This document shows, piece after piece, positions 31,578-40,815 of a stretch of DNA of 64,000 nucleotides. The notes under the pieces were generated by a model that worked only from the letters and a program-made list of their open reading frames with translations, ran no database searches and was not told where the DNA came from. The DNA comes from an uncultured delta proteobacterium (GTDB taxonomy: Bacteria > Desulfobacterota > Binatia > UBA9968): assembly GCA_963737905.1 (NCBI GenBank), contig CAVTUQ010000003.1, forward strand, positions 38,485 through 102,484. Direction: 5' to 3'. A program made the position numbers and the translations under genes. Positions within the stretch are counted from its first letter, which is position 1, and each line of letters starts with the position of its first letter.

Positions 31578-34238
31578 TCAAGTCTGAGCGTCTAATGGTT
31601 TAGCATCGGATAACCCCGTTGCTTCCCTCTGGAGACACGTACTCAATGCTTCAGCCCACAACCGCACGTGCGGTTCCGCGAGAATGCTCAGGTGATCTCC
31701 GGAAACGTTTTGGATTTCCACCCCTCCGGTAATCAGTTTTTTCCAGTCTAGTTCGGGATCATAAGAGCTTTCCTCGGCGTGGAAGATGACCGCGTTTCCT
31801 GGATAGGATTGGGGGACATAAGCATCTCTAGCCTTAGGATAAATTGTCCCATAGACAATTTTATCGACGTAGAAGCTTTGCAGAGCAGGAGGAAGAGAAA
31901 GCCCAACAAGGTGATAAACTCTGCAAGCCGTCCTTTTTATACCGTCCACGAATCTCTTACGTGTCTTTTCCAGGATATAGTTCAGCTTCGTATCTAAGCT
32001 AAGAGCCTCTAGTTGTGTCAGATGGCCACTGAACCTCGTGACGAAGCTGGTCGACAAATCAGCAGAACCCGATGAAAGATTTAGACTAACAGGATCGATT
32101 AAAGCCAGTAAGGATACCGCTTCACCTTGTTTCGTTAGCTGTTGAGCCATTTCATAGGCTATCGCAGCGCCAATGGAATGACCGGCCAAATAATAGGGCC
32201 CTTTGGGCTGAAGGGAGCGTACCTCTTCTAAGTAGTGAGCGGCTATATCTTGAACACAGGTGTAGTGAATCTGCTTTCCACTGAGGTGCTGTGCGAGTCC
32301 GTAAAACGGCTGATTTGTGCCTAGATAATGCGCCAGGTGAACGTAGCTATTGTACCCATGAACGCAAAAAAACGGAGGTTTCGAGCCGTGGGGTTCAACC
32401 GCCACCAATGAAGACAAGGGGCGCGAATTTGTTTCTTGACGGAGAAGCTTGACCACTTGCTTGATGGTCGGCGCCCGGAAGAGAGCCGCAGGCAGGAGAG
32501 ACCTCCCTAGTTGCTTTGAGATTTGGCCACATAGTTGGATAGCCTGCAAAGAATTTCCTCCAAGATCAAAAAAATTGTCCTCAATGCTGATTGGCGAGAT
32601 TCCAAGAATGCCTTCCCACATTTTTGCTAAATTGAGTTCCAGAATATTCCTGGGTGCTATAAAACCTTTCTCAATCTGAGGCTCGGTTTGATCAGGCGGG
32701 GGAAGCGCTCTACGATCTACTTTGCCGTTGGGTGTGCGTGGTAGAGCATTTAAGAATGCAAATGTCGAGGGCACCATATAATCAGGGAGTTTGGCCTTCA
32801 ACAAACTACGCAATTCAATACTAGTATGTGATTGACCTTGAGCCGGAACCACATAGGCGACGAGACTCTGATAGCCGCGCCGGGTCTCCCGTGCCACAAC
32901 GACAACTTCTCTGATTCCAGCCACATCGAGCAGAGCTGTTTCGATCTCCGATGCCTCTATTCTGCGACCACTGATTTTTACCTGATAGTCTTTCCGTCCA
33001 AGATACTCAAGGCAACCGTCCGGTCGTATCAAACCTAGGTCTCCAGTGCGGTAAATACGCTCATCGCCTCTCTCGAGGTCGGGCAGGAAGGAAGCGTGTG
33101 TGAGGTCGGGTCGTCGCCAATAGCCCGGCGAAAGATAGCGACTCTTCACGACGATTTCACCTGCCTCGCCGGCGCTAACTTTTTCACCACATTCGTCAGC
33201 CGGGAAAACCTCCATATCGTCCACTGCATAGCCAATTGGAGCTATTTCGCCACAAATCAGGGTTTCTTTGGTGATAAAGTAATATCGACAAATTCCCGTC
33301 TCGGTGGCTCCGTATGCATTGACAAGGATACAATCTGATGAAACCCGTGCCCGGAATAGCTCCACATCTCGCCTCGTAAGAGGTTCACCCCCGACGTAGA
33401 TGAGGCGATGAGACAGGAGTTTTTCGTCTTCGTTCAAATGGCTAAGGAAACTGCGAAACACTGTGCTGACAAAACGAGAGACAGTGATTTTCTCCTGACG
33501 GAGCGTGTTCGCAAAGTTGGTAAGTCCTTCCTCTTTGATATTGAGCGGATAGAGAGATGCTCCATTCAGCAGCGGGAGAAGAATTTCCCTTACTCCACCT
33601 GCGACGGTACAGGGAAGAGTAAAGGACAAGCGATCCTCTGAGGAGATCAAAAAGGCGTTCGTAGACCTCCTGATTTCGTTGAGAGTGTTGCGATGGTTTT
33701 GCACAACACCTTTTGGGGTTCCTGTCGAACCTGAAGTGTAAAGGATCCAGGCAAGAGCGTCGGGTGGTATGGAAAGACCGAGATTATCGTCACCATCATC
33801 AATGTCGATCTGGTCAATGTTAATCAACTGGCAGTCACGCTTCGTTGACTTGGCAAGGAGGGGAAGATTCTTGGTGTTTGTTATGATTGCTTGGGCTAAC
33901 GTGTCCTCAAGAACGTAGTTGATTCTGGCAGCAGGATATGAAACCTCCAATGGAACAGAAATTTTGCCGGCCTTGAAAATTGCAAGCATCGCGACAATGA
34001 GGTCGGTGTCGTGTTCGAGAAAAATAGCGACCCGTTCTTCCCTCCGTCCACCTACTCTCAGTATTGCCCGGGCAGCACGGTTCGCAGCTCGATTTAGTTG
34101 TTCGTAGGTGAATTTACAGGTTTTGCTTTTCACGGCAATTCGATCCGAATACTTCGCAACTTGCTGCTCAAAACGATCCGGAATCGATTGCTCGATCTCT
34201 GCTTTCTTGAAGTCAACAAACTGTTGGGTGGAATGCAT
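31578..34238 (-). CDS. Stand-alone NRPS-like enzyme A-T-TE (no condensation domain)
   Basis: YTSGSTGTPKG, YGATETG, YRTGDLG, NGKVDR; PCP FFDLGGNSL; TE GHSIG...GDH. Confidence 0.93.
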   Translation of the reverse strand: MHSTQQFVDFKKAEIEQSIPDRFEQQVAKYSDRIAVKSKTCKFTYEQLNRAANRAARAILRVGGRREERVAIFLEHDTDLIVAMLAIFKAGKISVPLEVSYPAARINYVLEDTLAQAIITNTKNLPLLAKSTKRDCQLINIDQIDIDDGDDNLGLSIPPDALAWILYTSGSTGTPKGVVQNHRNTLNEIRRSTNAFLISSEDRLSFTLPCTVAGGVREILLPLLNGASLYPLNIKEEGLTNFANTLRQEKITVSRFVSTVFRSFLSHLNEDEKLLSHRLIYVGGEPLTRRDVELFRARVSSDCILVNAYGATETGICRYYFITKETLICGEIAPIGYAVDDMEVFPADECGEKVSAGEAGEIVVKSRYLSPGYWRRPDLTHASFLPDLERGDERIYRTGDLGLIRPDGCLEYLGRKDYQVKISGRRIEASEIETALLDVAGIREVVVVARETRRGYQSLVAYVVPAQGQSHTSIELRSLLKAKLPDYMVPSTFAFLNALPRTPNGKVDRRALPPPDQTEPQIEKGFIAPRNILELNLAKMWEGILGISPISIEDNFFDLGGNSLQAIQLCGQISKQLGRSLLPAALFRAPTIKQVVKLLRQETNSRPLSSLVAVEPHGSKPPFFCVHGYNSYVHLAHYLGTNQPFYGLAQHLSGKQIHYTCVQDIAAHYLEEVRSLQPKGPYYLAGHSIGAAIAYEMAQQLTKQGEAVSLLALIDPVSLNLSSGSADLSTSFVTRFSGHLTQLEALSLDTKLNYILEKTRKRFVDGIKRTACRVYHLVGLSLPPALQSFYVDKIVYGTIYPKARDAYVPQSYPGNAVIFHAEESSYDPELDWKKLITGGVEIQNVSGDHLSILAEPHVRLWAEALSTCLQREATGLSDAKPLDAQT

Positions 34239-34254
34239 AAAAGCCTCACCGATT

Positions 34255-34500
34255 GATGGAGTAATGGAGTAGTGCGCTCAAACCAATCTCGCTCACTTCT
34301 CTACCAGGAACTGTTCAGCCGTTTAAAAACTTCAAATCGTTCAAAGCGTCGAAGGATCCGGGCAACGCTCGACTAGGAGGTGTTGGAGTACCAGACTGAC
34401 AGGATAATGGAATAATGCGTTTAAGATATTCTCACCACGAAGATCAGCGATTGAAGAGCAGGGGCAGAGCGCTCGGCGCCAAGCGCTATGGCACAGGCGT
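34255..34500. repeat. Mosaic of 8-, 9- and 7-mer repeat arms
   Basis: ggagtaat-ggagtagt; gttcagcc-gtttaaaaa-cttcaaatc-gttcaaagc; ggataatggaataatg; tctcaccacgaag; gcagagcgctcggcgccaagcgctatgg. Confidence 0.55.
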
Positions 34501-34521
34501 CGGATTGGCACCGGAATGCCA

Positions 34522-35829
34522 TTAATTGAATGGCCGAAAAACGGGCTTTACGGGACGACCCACGAGGTACTTTTCTACTCCCTCAGCCAGCGCTTTCCGA
34601 TAGACATTCAAGGATTCGCCGATCGCTTCTAGAGTGGTATCTATATCCTGGTCCGTATGGGAAAAACTCACAACCAGAGAAGGTGCGATTAAGCCTCGCT
34701 TGATAATTTCCTGCAAGAACAGCGTCCGGAAAGCCTGGGATCGATTTTTGTCTTTGTCGCGGGTTATGTAAATCAAGTTGCACGGCTTGCCGGCAACCTG
34801 AAAATACTCTTGTAAACCATTTTCCGCGATCGCGATGTTTACACCCTTGGCTAGCCGCTCTCCTTGGCAATAGAGATGTTCCACCACAGGCTGTTGTTGG
34901 TAGGTTCGCATCGTTTCAAGCGCGGCGGCTAGAGAATGATTCTCCGCGCCGTGGGTGGTGGAAAGGAGAAAGACACGCTCTTTGTCGTGATACAAGCCGC
35001 CTAGTTCCATAATTTCTCTCTTGCCCAATAACGCTGATATAGAGAATCCGTTGCCCATGGCCTTGCCGAAGGTCGATAGATCGGGAACCATATTGTAAAA
35101 GGCTTGTGCGCCGCCATTGTGCCAACGAAACCCGGTAATTATCTCGTCGAAAACGAGAAGCGACCCGTTTTTTTTGCAGAGTCGCTGCAACTCATGAAGG
35201 AAGTTGTTTCTCGGCGGCTCAGTAGTTTCCGCCTCCAATATGACCGCGGCAATCTCTCCCGGATGCTCTGCGAAAAGGGATTCGACACTAGCAAGATCAT
35301 TGTAGTGAAATTTGACAGTCAAGTTGCGAATCGGGGGAGGAATACCTGAGGGCATTGGGGTGCTGCCGATAAACCAGTCGTCCACGGAGAAGAACGGATG
35401 GTCGGCACAGACAGCAACTAGATCTCGACCCGTATAAGCGCGCGCGAGCTTGACCGCAGCCGTTGTCACGTCGGAGCCATTCTTGGCAAACTTCACCATC
35501 TCCGCCCCCGCGATCATGCTAAGTAGCTCCTCGGCGCATTCGACTTCGATGGCGGCGGGTCTGGTAAAATTATTGCCCAGGAGCATTTGTCTATAGGCTG
35601 CCTCTACGACCGGCGGATAGCCATGGCCCAAGGTTACCGACCGAATACCCATCCCATATTCGATGAACTCGTTTCCATCCACGTCCCAGACATGACAACC
35701 TTTACCTTTGACGATGAATGGAGGAGCGTTTTCCGGATACTGGTCATCGCCCTTGGCGTACGTATGACATCCGCCCGGAATAAGCGCGTGTGACTTTCGC
35801 TGCAAGGCTTTGGATCTCTGCAAGTTCAC
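34522..35829 (-). CDS. Class III PLP aminotransferase (glutamate-1-semialdehyde aminomutase-like) in a glycan locus
   Basis: IPGGCHTYAKGDDQ, KNGSDVT, FDEIITGFR, FGKAMGNG. Confidence 0.88.
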   Translation of the reverse strand: MNLQRSKALQRKSHALIPGGCHTYAKGDDQYPENAPPFIVKGKGCHVWDVDGNEFIEYGMGIRSVTLGHGYPPVVEAAYRQMLLGNNFTRPAAIEVECAEELLSMIAGAEMVKFAKNGSDVTTAAVKLARAYTGRDLVAVCADHPFFSVDDWFIGSTPMPSGIPPPIRNLTVKFHYNDLASVESLFAEHPGEIAAVILEAETTEPPRNNFLHELQRLCKKNGSLLVFDEIITGFRWHNGGAQAFYNMVPDLSTFGKAMGNGFSISALLGKREIMELGGLYHDKERVFLLSTTHGAENHSLAAALETMRTYQQQPVVEHLYCQGERLAKGVNIAIAENGLQEYFQVAGKPCNLIYITRDKDKNRSQAFRTLFLQEIIKRGLIAPSLVVSFSHTDQDIDTTLEAIGESLNVYRKALAEGVEKYLVGRPVKPVFRPFN

Positions 35830-35941
35830 TCCATGCTCCTACTGCTAGAAATTTTTCGTCCATCGAGGCTAAACAGCATCTCTGATGGGCTTTGTCGCTC
35901 TGGATTATATGCCAGGCCGTTGTCTAGAAGAGCTGTGAGTC

Positions 35942-36733
35942 TTAATCGTCTTGACGGACAGCGAAATCTTTGACGGCTTTGAATAACCGCTCCGGGGTTC
36001 CAATGTCGAGATACGGATCTTTGGAAACTAGCACAGCGTCCACTCGTAAATGATTTTCGATTGCCGCCTGGAGAACGTCGCCGGCAGTTAATTCACGTGA
36101 CCCAGACGATGGGCCTTGACGAGCGGAGACGTATTCATGCAAGAATTTGGTAAACACGGGTGTCCACACAGCTATTCCCCATGTATTGCGCAAGTGTGTG
36201 CGCTCTGGCTTGATGACAATCTCTCGCACACGACCCTTTTCATCGCTATCGACCAGGTCTTCCTTCTCCGGTAAATCAGTCGGAAACATTCCTAACAACA
36301 CATCTGCATCATTTGTTCTTTGCCGCGACAGCAACTGGATGAAAGCGTCATCGGGCTGGAAGAGAATATCCGGGAAGCCGAACGCTACCATCGCGTCCTG
36401 CACAAAAGGATAAGCTTGATCTAACGTGTATGGCACCCCGAGCAGCGAGCGCGTCATAAGATAGGCGAGCTGCATGTTCAAAAACAAACCGTCGCCGAAG
36501 TAAGCAGGGATGTCCCATTTGCCGGGGCGCAGCACGATATACGCCCTGGTAACACCCGCCAATCTCATCTTCTCCAGCAGATATTGAGCGACAACTTTAG
36601 GACGTGAACTGCTGCCCTCTTCTGCACGCTGGAATCCAATTGGGAATAACTCTTTGCTGCAAGGTAAGGGCGCGATGCGGGTTGCCTGACCTCCGGCAGG
36701 AATTAGGCCGATTATTTCACGATACTTTTGCAT
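35942..36733 (-). CDS. Sugar-phosphate nucleotidyltransferase (RmlA-like)
   Basis: GLIPAGGQATRIAPLPCSKEL, FGFPD, LDIGTP. Confidence 0.85.
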   Translation of the reverse strand: MQKYREIIGLIPAGGQATRIAPLPCSKELFPIGFQRAEEGSSSRPKVVAQYLLEKMRLAGVTRAYIVLRPGKWDIPAYFGDGLFLNMQLAYLMTRSLLGVPYTLDQAYPFVQDAMVAFGFPDILFQPDDAFIQLLSRQRTNDADVLLGMFPTDLPEKEDLVDSDEKGRVREIVIKPERTHLRNTWGIAVWTPVFTKFLHEYVSARQGPSSGSRELTAGDVLQAAIENHLRVDAVLVSKDPYLDIGTPERLFKAVKDFAVRQDD

Positions 36734-36808
36734 ATTTGCAGCCGCGGGAGCTTAGCCGAAAAACCGTTTGCCATGAACTTCATTGAAGCCGAATTCTTTC
36801 AGAATTGG

Positions 36809-38344
36809 CTAATCAGTCGGCTGAGCGGAAATCGGAAACGGCCGCTGAGGAATCCCAAATTGCGGTGATACGCCGCCTTGGTCAATGAATCCCAACACCG
36901 TCTGCGCCACCAGGGCGTGACCCGCCTCGTTATAATGACCGAAGCCGCGAAAAGGAAACAACGACAGGGGATCGTGGCGAAACTGAAACGCCGGATGAAC
37001 ATCTACAATCGGGATAGCTAAATGCTTAACCATTTGCAGTACCACTTCCCGATTCTTGACTGCATGCTCGGGATGAGCGTAGCGTTCCCATTCTGGAAGA
37101 TAAACAAAATAAAGCGATCCGTTCCACCGGTTGACGATGTATTGCGCTCGCAACAGAATCCTGCGAAATAATGCAGTTAGCTCGGGATCTAGTTCCGATA
37201 GTGACTCGTTTTGGACTTGGAGACGACTTTTACTATAAATTAACCCCAGCCTTTGCCTGAGCGAGGTCAAAGTGCCGACTTCCACCAGCGAATCCACCAG
37301 CTTCACAGCTGGACCTCTTTCGCTGGCAGCCTTTTCCGCTATTAGCCTGTTGACGATTTCCCTAATCTTCTGGTCAATCTCGGTTTGCCGACTAGGCAAG
37401 TGCTGGCTAAAGTCGCCCTGCAGATATTGCATAAGAATGGGATTGCTCCTTTCGGCCGCAAGATCCGTGACATCATTCCCTTCAAAGTAAAACCACAGCA
37501 CCAGTTTGGGTCTGAGCGGTAGTACATACTCTACGAGAGTAGCCAATTCCGATAAGGGTCCGTTGGCTCTCACTCCCAGATTCAATGTACCCGGATGCGA
37601 CTTGCGTATCAGAGCAACAAAATTTCGATCCGCTGGTACGCATGCGCCATGGGTAAAGGAGTCGCCGACAGCAGCGATGTCGATAGGTTGCCGGCTCCAG
37701 ATAGCGGGAGGGTTATGAAAACCGTGCTCATCGCTATCGTAGATCGTATACGTCCCGTTCTCATTGCATAACACTGTGGTTTTGTTGGCGATGCCGCCCA
37801 ACGGATAAAGTTGATGGCCGGCCCAGTTGACATTCCACATCAATCCGCCGTCCGGATTTTTGCTTTGGAAAATGAGAGGATCGGGCGCCGGAAACGCATC
37901 GATACCCTTTTTGCGCAGCGACATGATGACCTGGAATCGATCTCTTCTATCGAAGAAAACCCCTAGGCGTGCTGCGATATTCGCTCTTTCCGATTCCGTC
38001 TCCTCAGTTATCTCAGACGGCCACTTTGCCGCTATATATTGTAGACCCTCAAGGAAGAGTTCGCCCACGACCAGGCAGGTCGCGAGGACGGCTAAAACAA
38101 AGGCAAATTTGATCTTTCGGGAAGCTCTCAGGCGCACCGAGCCAAGAAACAAAACAGTAAGCAGGGCCGGCAAGCCGTAGTAGAGCCATCCGCCCGACGG
38201 AGCGGCAAAATGTCGATCATGGAGCCAGTGATAGTGATAAAAGACATACACTAGCGCAGCCGCGCAGACGAGACCGGATGCTGCTAAAAAAGCGTTGGCA
38301 AGCTGTATTGCCGCCCGCTCAACTCTCGGGTTTCTGGTGTGCAC
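36809..38344 (-). CDS. Membrane-anchored SGNH-hydrolase/acyltransferase-like protein
   Basis: 3 TM helices, GDSFTHG, NLG..NGP, FEGND, GHYNEAGH. Confidence 0.85.
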   Translation of the reverse strand: MHTRNPRVERAAIQLANAFLAASGLVCAAALVYVFYHYHWLHDRHFAAPSGGWLYYGLPALLTVLFLGSVRLRASRKIKFAFVLAVLATCLVVGELFLEGLQYIAAKWPSEITEETESERANIAARLGVFFDRRDRFQVIMSLRKKGIDAFPAPDPLIFQSKNPDGGLMWNVNWAGHQLYPLGGIANKTTVLCNENGTYTIYDSDEHGFHNPPAIWSRQPIDIAAVGDSFTHGACVPADRNFVALIRKSHPGTLNLGVRANGPLSELATLVEYVLPLRPKLVLWFYFEGNDVTDLAAERSNPILMQYLQGDFSQHLPSRQTEIDQKIREIVNRLIAEKAASERGPAVKLVDSLVEVGTLTSLRQRLGLIYSKSRLQVQNESLSELDPELTALFRRILLRAQYIVNRWNGSLYFVYLPEWERYAHPEHAVKNREVVLQMVKHLAIPIVDVHPAFQFRHDPLSLFPFRGFGHYNEAGHALVAQTVLGFIDQGGVSPQFGIPQRPFPISAQPTD

Positions 38345-38372
38345 TGCGCTTTGCGCTCGCAGCCTTGCCTGC

Positions 38373-40685
38373 TTAGTCGTTGAGCGAGATAGCTCGCAAC
38401 ACTTCTTGTGCGACCAGCCGATGCCCTTCTTCGTTGTAGTGATCGGCGAGACGTAAAGGAAAAAGACTGAGAGGATCTTTTTGAGCTATAAAGATTGGAT
38501 GCATGTCGATCACAGGAAGTCCTGCCTTGTTTGCTGCGCTCAGTACGGCGCGCCGATCGCCGTCACGCACTCCCGGCGGCACATAGCGGCTCTGCCCCGG
38601 AAGATAGACAAAATAAAGTTTGCCTCCCCATTGACTAACGGACTTCTTTGCCTGCAAAAGAACGTCGAATAACAGATCTATTTGGGGCACATCGTGACTC
38701 CGCGGTCCGGCTGTCTCGTCCAGAGGGGAGGTTGGAGCGGTTGCAAATACTATCCCGAGTCGTTCTCGCAGTCCGCCTAACTTCACAGCATTTTGAAATA
38801 TCGGTAGTAATGTATCGGTTTTACTAATGCGTTCCGATATCTCTTTCAGTTTTATCGACCAGTTCGTTTTTGCAGTATTTTCCAGATACGTCGCAAGCGC
38901 CCGATCGATCTCAGCCTGCCGGTTCAATAGGCCTTGGCTAAATTCGTTGTTTGTCAGATACCGGGTAAGGATGGAATTCCGTCTTTCTTTGCCTAAATCT
39001 TCCAGATCATTTCCTTCGAAATAAAACCAAAGCACAACTTTGGGTTTTACGCTTTCAACGTACTCCTTTATAGTCGCCAACATCACCAGCGGGCCGTTAC
39101 CTTCTATGCCAAGATTAAGGGTTTTCGGATGGAGTTTCCGAATTAGAGAGACAAAATTATCTTCCGGACCGACGCACCAGCCTTGGACATAAGAATCTCC
39201 AACCGCGACGATATCCACAGGAGCGTCCCAGACATATGGCGGATTGTTGAACCCATGCTTATCAGCTGTATACGTTAAAAACTCTCCGCCCTCGTTGCAT
39301 ACGACCGTCAGTTTTTCGGCCATGCTGGCCAGCGGCAAGACCTCGACTCCGTCGATCGCGATAGCCGATTTCATCATGCCGTCTTTCTGTTTCTTCAACA
39401 GGTCGTAGGGATTCAGTGAGGGAACGGCATCGATGCCTCGTTGACGGAAATCGTCGATGACTTCCGCTCTCGTTCGGCCGTCATATTTAACTCCCAGTGC
39501 GTTGGCAGCCTCGGTTAGACTCCGGTGATATTGACTTACCTGGACAGAAGGTAAGCTAAACCATAGCGCCATTGTGACTTCTATAGTATAGATCGTGAGA
39601 GCTACTGAGGCGCAGCAAAGAACGATATTAATCCTGTGAGATGCGGGAAGCCGCAAAGACACGAAGAACGCAATTGCCAGTAAACCGGGAACAGCAAAAT
39701 ATACAAAGGCACCTACCGTACTCGTGAATGACCTCTGTTCGGTCCAAGCGTAGTAATAAAAAAGATAAGCCAGGACAACGAGGCAAAGGATACCTCCGGC
39801 GCTTAGGACAATATTGGCGATCTTTGCTAGAAACTCTTCCGCTTTCGTCGATCTACTCGCCGGCAATCGTTGCTGTTTTTCCACTTCTTCGACATAAGTG
39901 CCTGTGCGCGCCTCAGTATCCATTTCACAATCAGTAGAGGAGTTATTAATCTCAACTACCGCTCCCAACCGTGCCTCAGGCTCCCGAGTCCACCGGCTTC
40001 TTACTGCCACGCGCCGACCATCTCGAGTCGTATGCACGAGCCAGCCTTCCCAGAACCCGTTGCGAACGAGTTCGGATTCGATCTCTTCCAATGGTTTCGG
40101 GAATTGCGTGTTTAGAAGCTTATGGCTAACTCTCCCGACGGCTTCTTCTTTTTTCCAGCCATAGAGCTTCTCGGCACTTCGGTTCCAAAAATTAATTCTG
40201 CCCTCCATGGTGCGAATCATGACGCTGTCGTTTACGAGCTCAAAAAAATACTCGTACTGCTGCAACGGGGTCGCTGTTTGCTCCATTACGGTTTGTTCCT
40301 GCTTACGCTTGGTCGTGATCTCGTCTGTGCGCAATTCGCGATCAGTAGAGCGCGTATTAATCTCGACTAGCGCTCCGGATTGTCTTTCGTGCTCCAAAGC
40401 CCACCGGCTTCTTACTGCCACGCGCCGACCATCTCGAGTCGTATGCACGAGCCAGCCTTCCCAGAGCCCGTTGCGAACGAGTTCGGATTCGATCTCTTCC
40501 AATGGTTTCGGGAATTGCGTGTTTAGAAGCTTGTGGCTAACTCTCCCGACGGCTTCTTCTTTTTTCCAGCCATAGAGCTTCTCGGCACTTCGGTTCCAAA
40601 ACTGAATCATACCCTCCATGGTCCGAGTCATGATGCTGTCGTTTACGAGCTCAAAAAGATACTCATCATACTGCAACGAGGTCAT
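38373..40685 (-). CDS. PAS-PAS-TM-SGNH fusion protein
   Basis: Two PAS domains (FWNRSAEKLYGWKKEEAVGR...WEGWLVHTTRDG), 3 TM helices, GDSYVQG, FEGND, DHYNEEGH; start approximate. Confidence 0.85.
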   Translation of the reverse strand: MTSLQYDEYLFELVNDSIMTRTMEGMIQFWNRSAEKLYGWKKEEAVGRVSHKLLNTQFPKPLEEIESELVRNGLWEGWLVHTTRDGRRVAVRSRWALEHERQSGALVEINTRSTDRELRTDEITTKRKQEQTVMEQTATPLQQYEYFFELVNDSVMIRTMEGRINFWNRSAEKLYGWKKEEAVGRVSHKLLNTQFPKPLEEIESELVRNGFWEGWLVHTTRDGRRVAVRSRWTREPEARLGAVVEINNSSTDCEMDTEARTGTYVEEVEKQQRLPASRSTKAEEFLAKIANIVLSAGGILCLVVLAYLFYYYAWTEQRSFTSTVGAFVYFAVPGLLAIAFFVSLRLPASHRINIVLCCASVALTIYTIEVTMALWFSLPSVQVSQYHRSLTEAANALGVKYDGRTRAEVIDDFRQRGIDAVPSLNPYDLLKKQKDGMMKSAIAIDGVEVLPLASMAEKLTVVCNEGGEFLTYTADKHGFNNPPYVWDAPVDIVAVGDSYVQGWCVGPEDNFVSLIRKLHPKTLNLGIEGNGPLVMLATIKEYVESVKPKVVLWFYFEGNDLEDLGKERRNSILTRYLTNNEFSQGLLNRQAEIDRALATYLENTAKTNWSIKLKEISERISKTDTLLPIFQNAVKLGGLRERLGIVFATAPTSPLDETAGPRSHDVPQIDLLFDVLLQAKKSVSQWGGKLYFVYLPGQSRYVPPGVRDGDRRAVLSAANKAGLPVIDMHPIFIAQKDPLSLFPLRLADHYNEEGHRLVAQEVLRAISLND
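39990..40665. repeat. Intragenic direct repeat encoding the two PAS domains (offset 411 bp)
   Basis: 39990-40190 and 40401-40601 are identical except for 2 substitutions seen by eye; looser similarity continues ~60 bp further. Confidence 0.92.
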
Positions 40686-40815
40686 TGCTTGTCTCCGGTA
40701 GGTTTTGTCTGCGCTTCGTAAAACGGCTTCTAATATAAGTAATGCGCCAGGGCTGCCTTCGAACAACTCAAGACCGACATCTGAACCAGGACACGTCACG
40801 TGCTCATGACTGGAA

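Noticed and set aside
34522-35829. hemL of tetrapyrrole synthesis
   Set aside because: HTYAKGDDQ N-terminus and sugar-locus context indicate a paralogous aminotransferase; no hem genes adjacent
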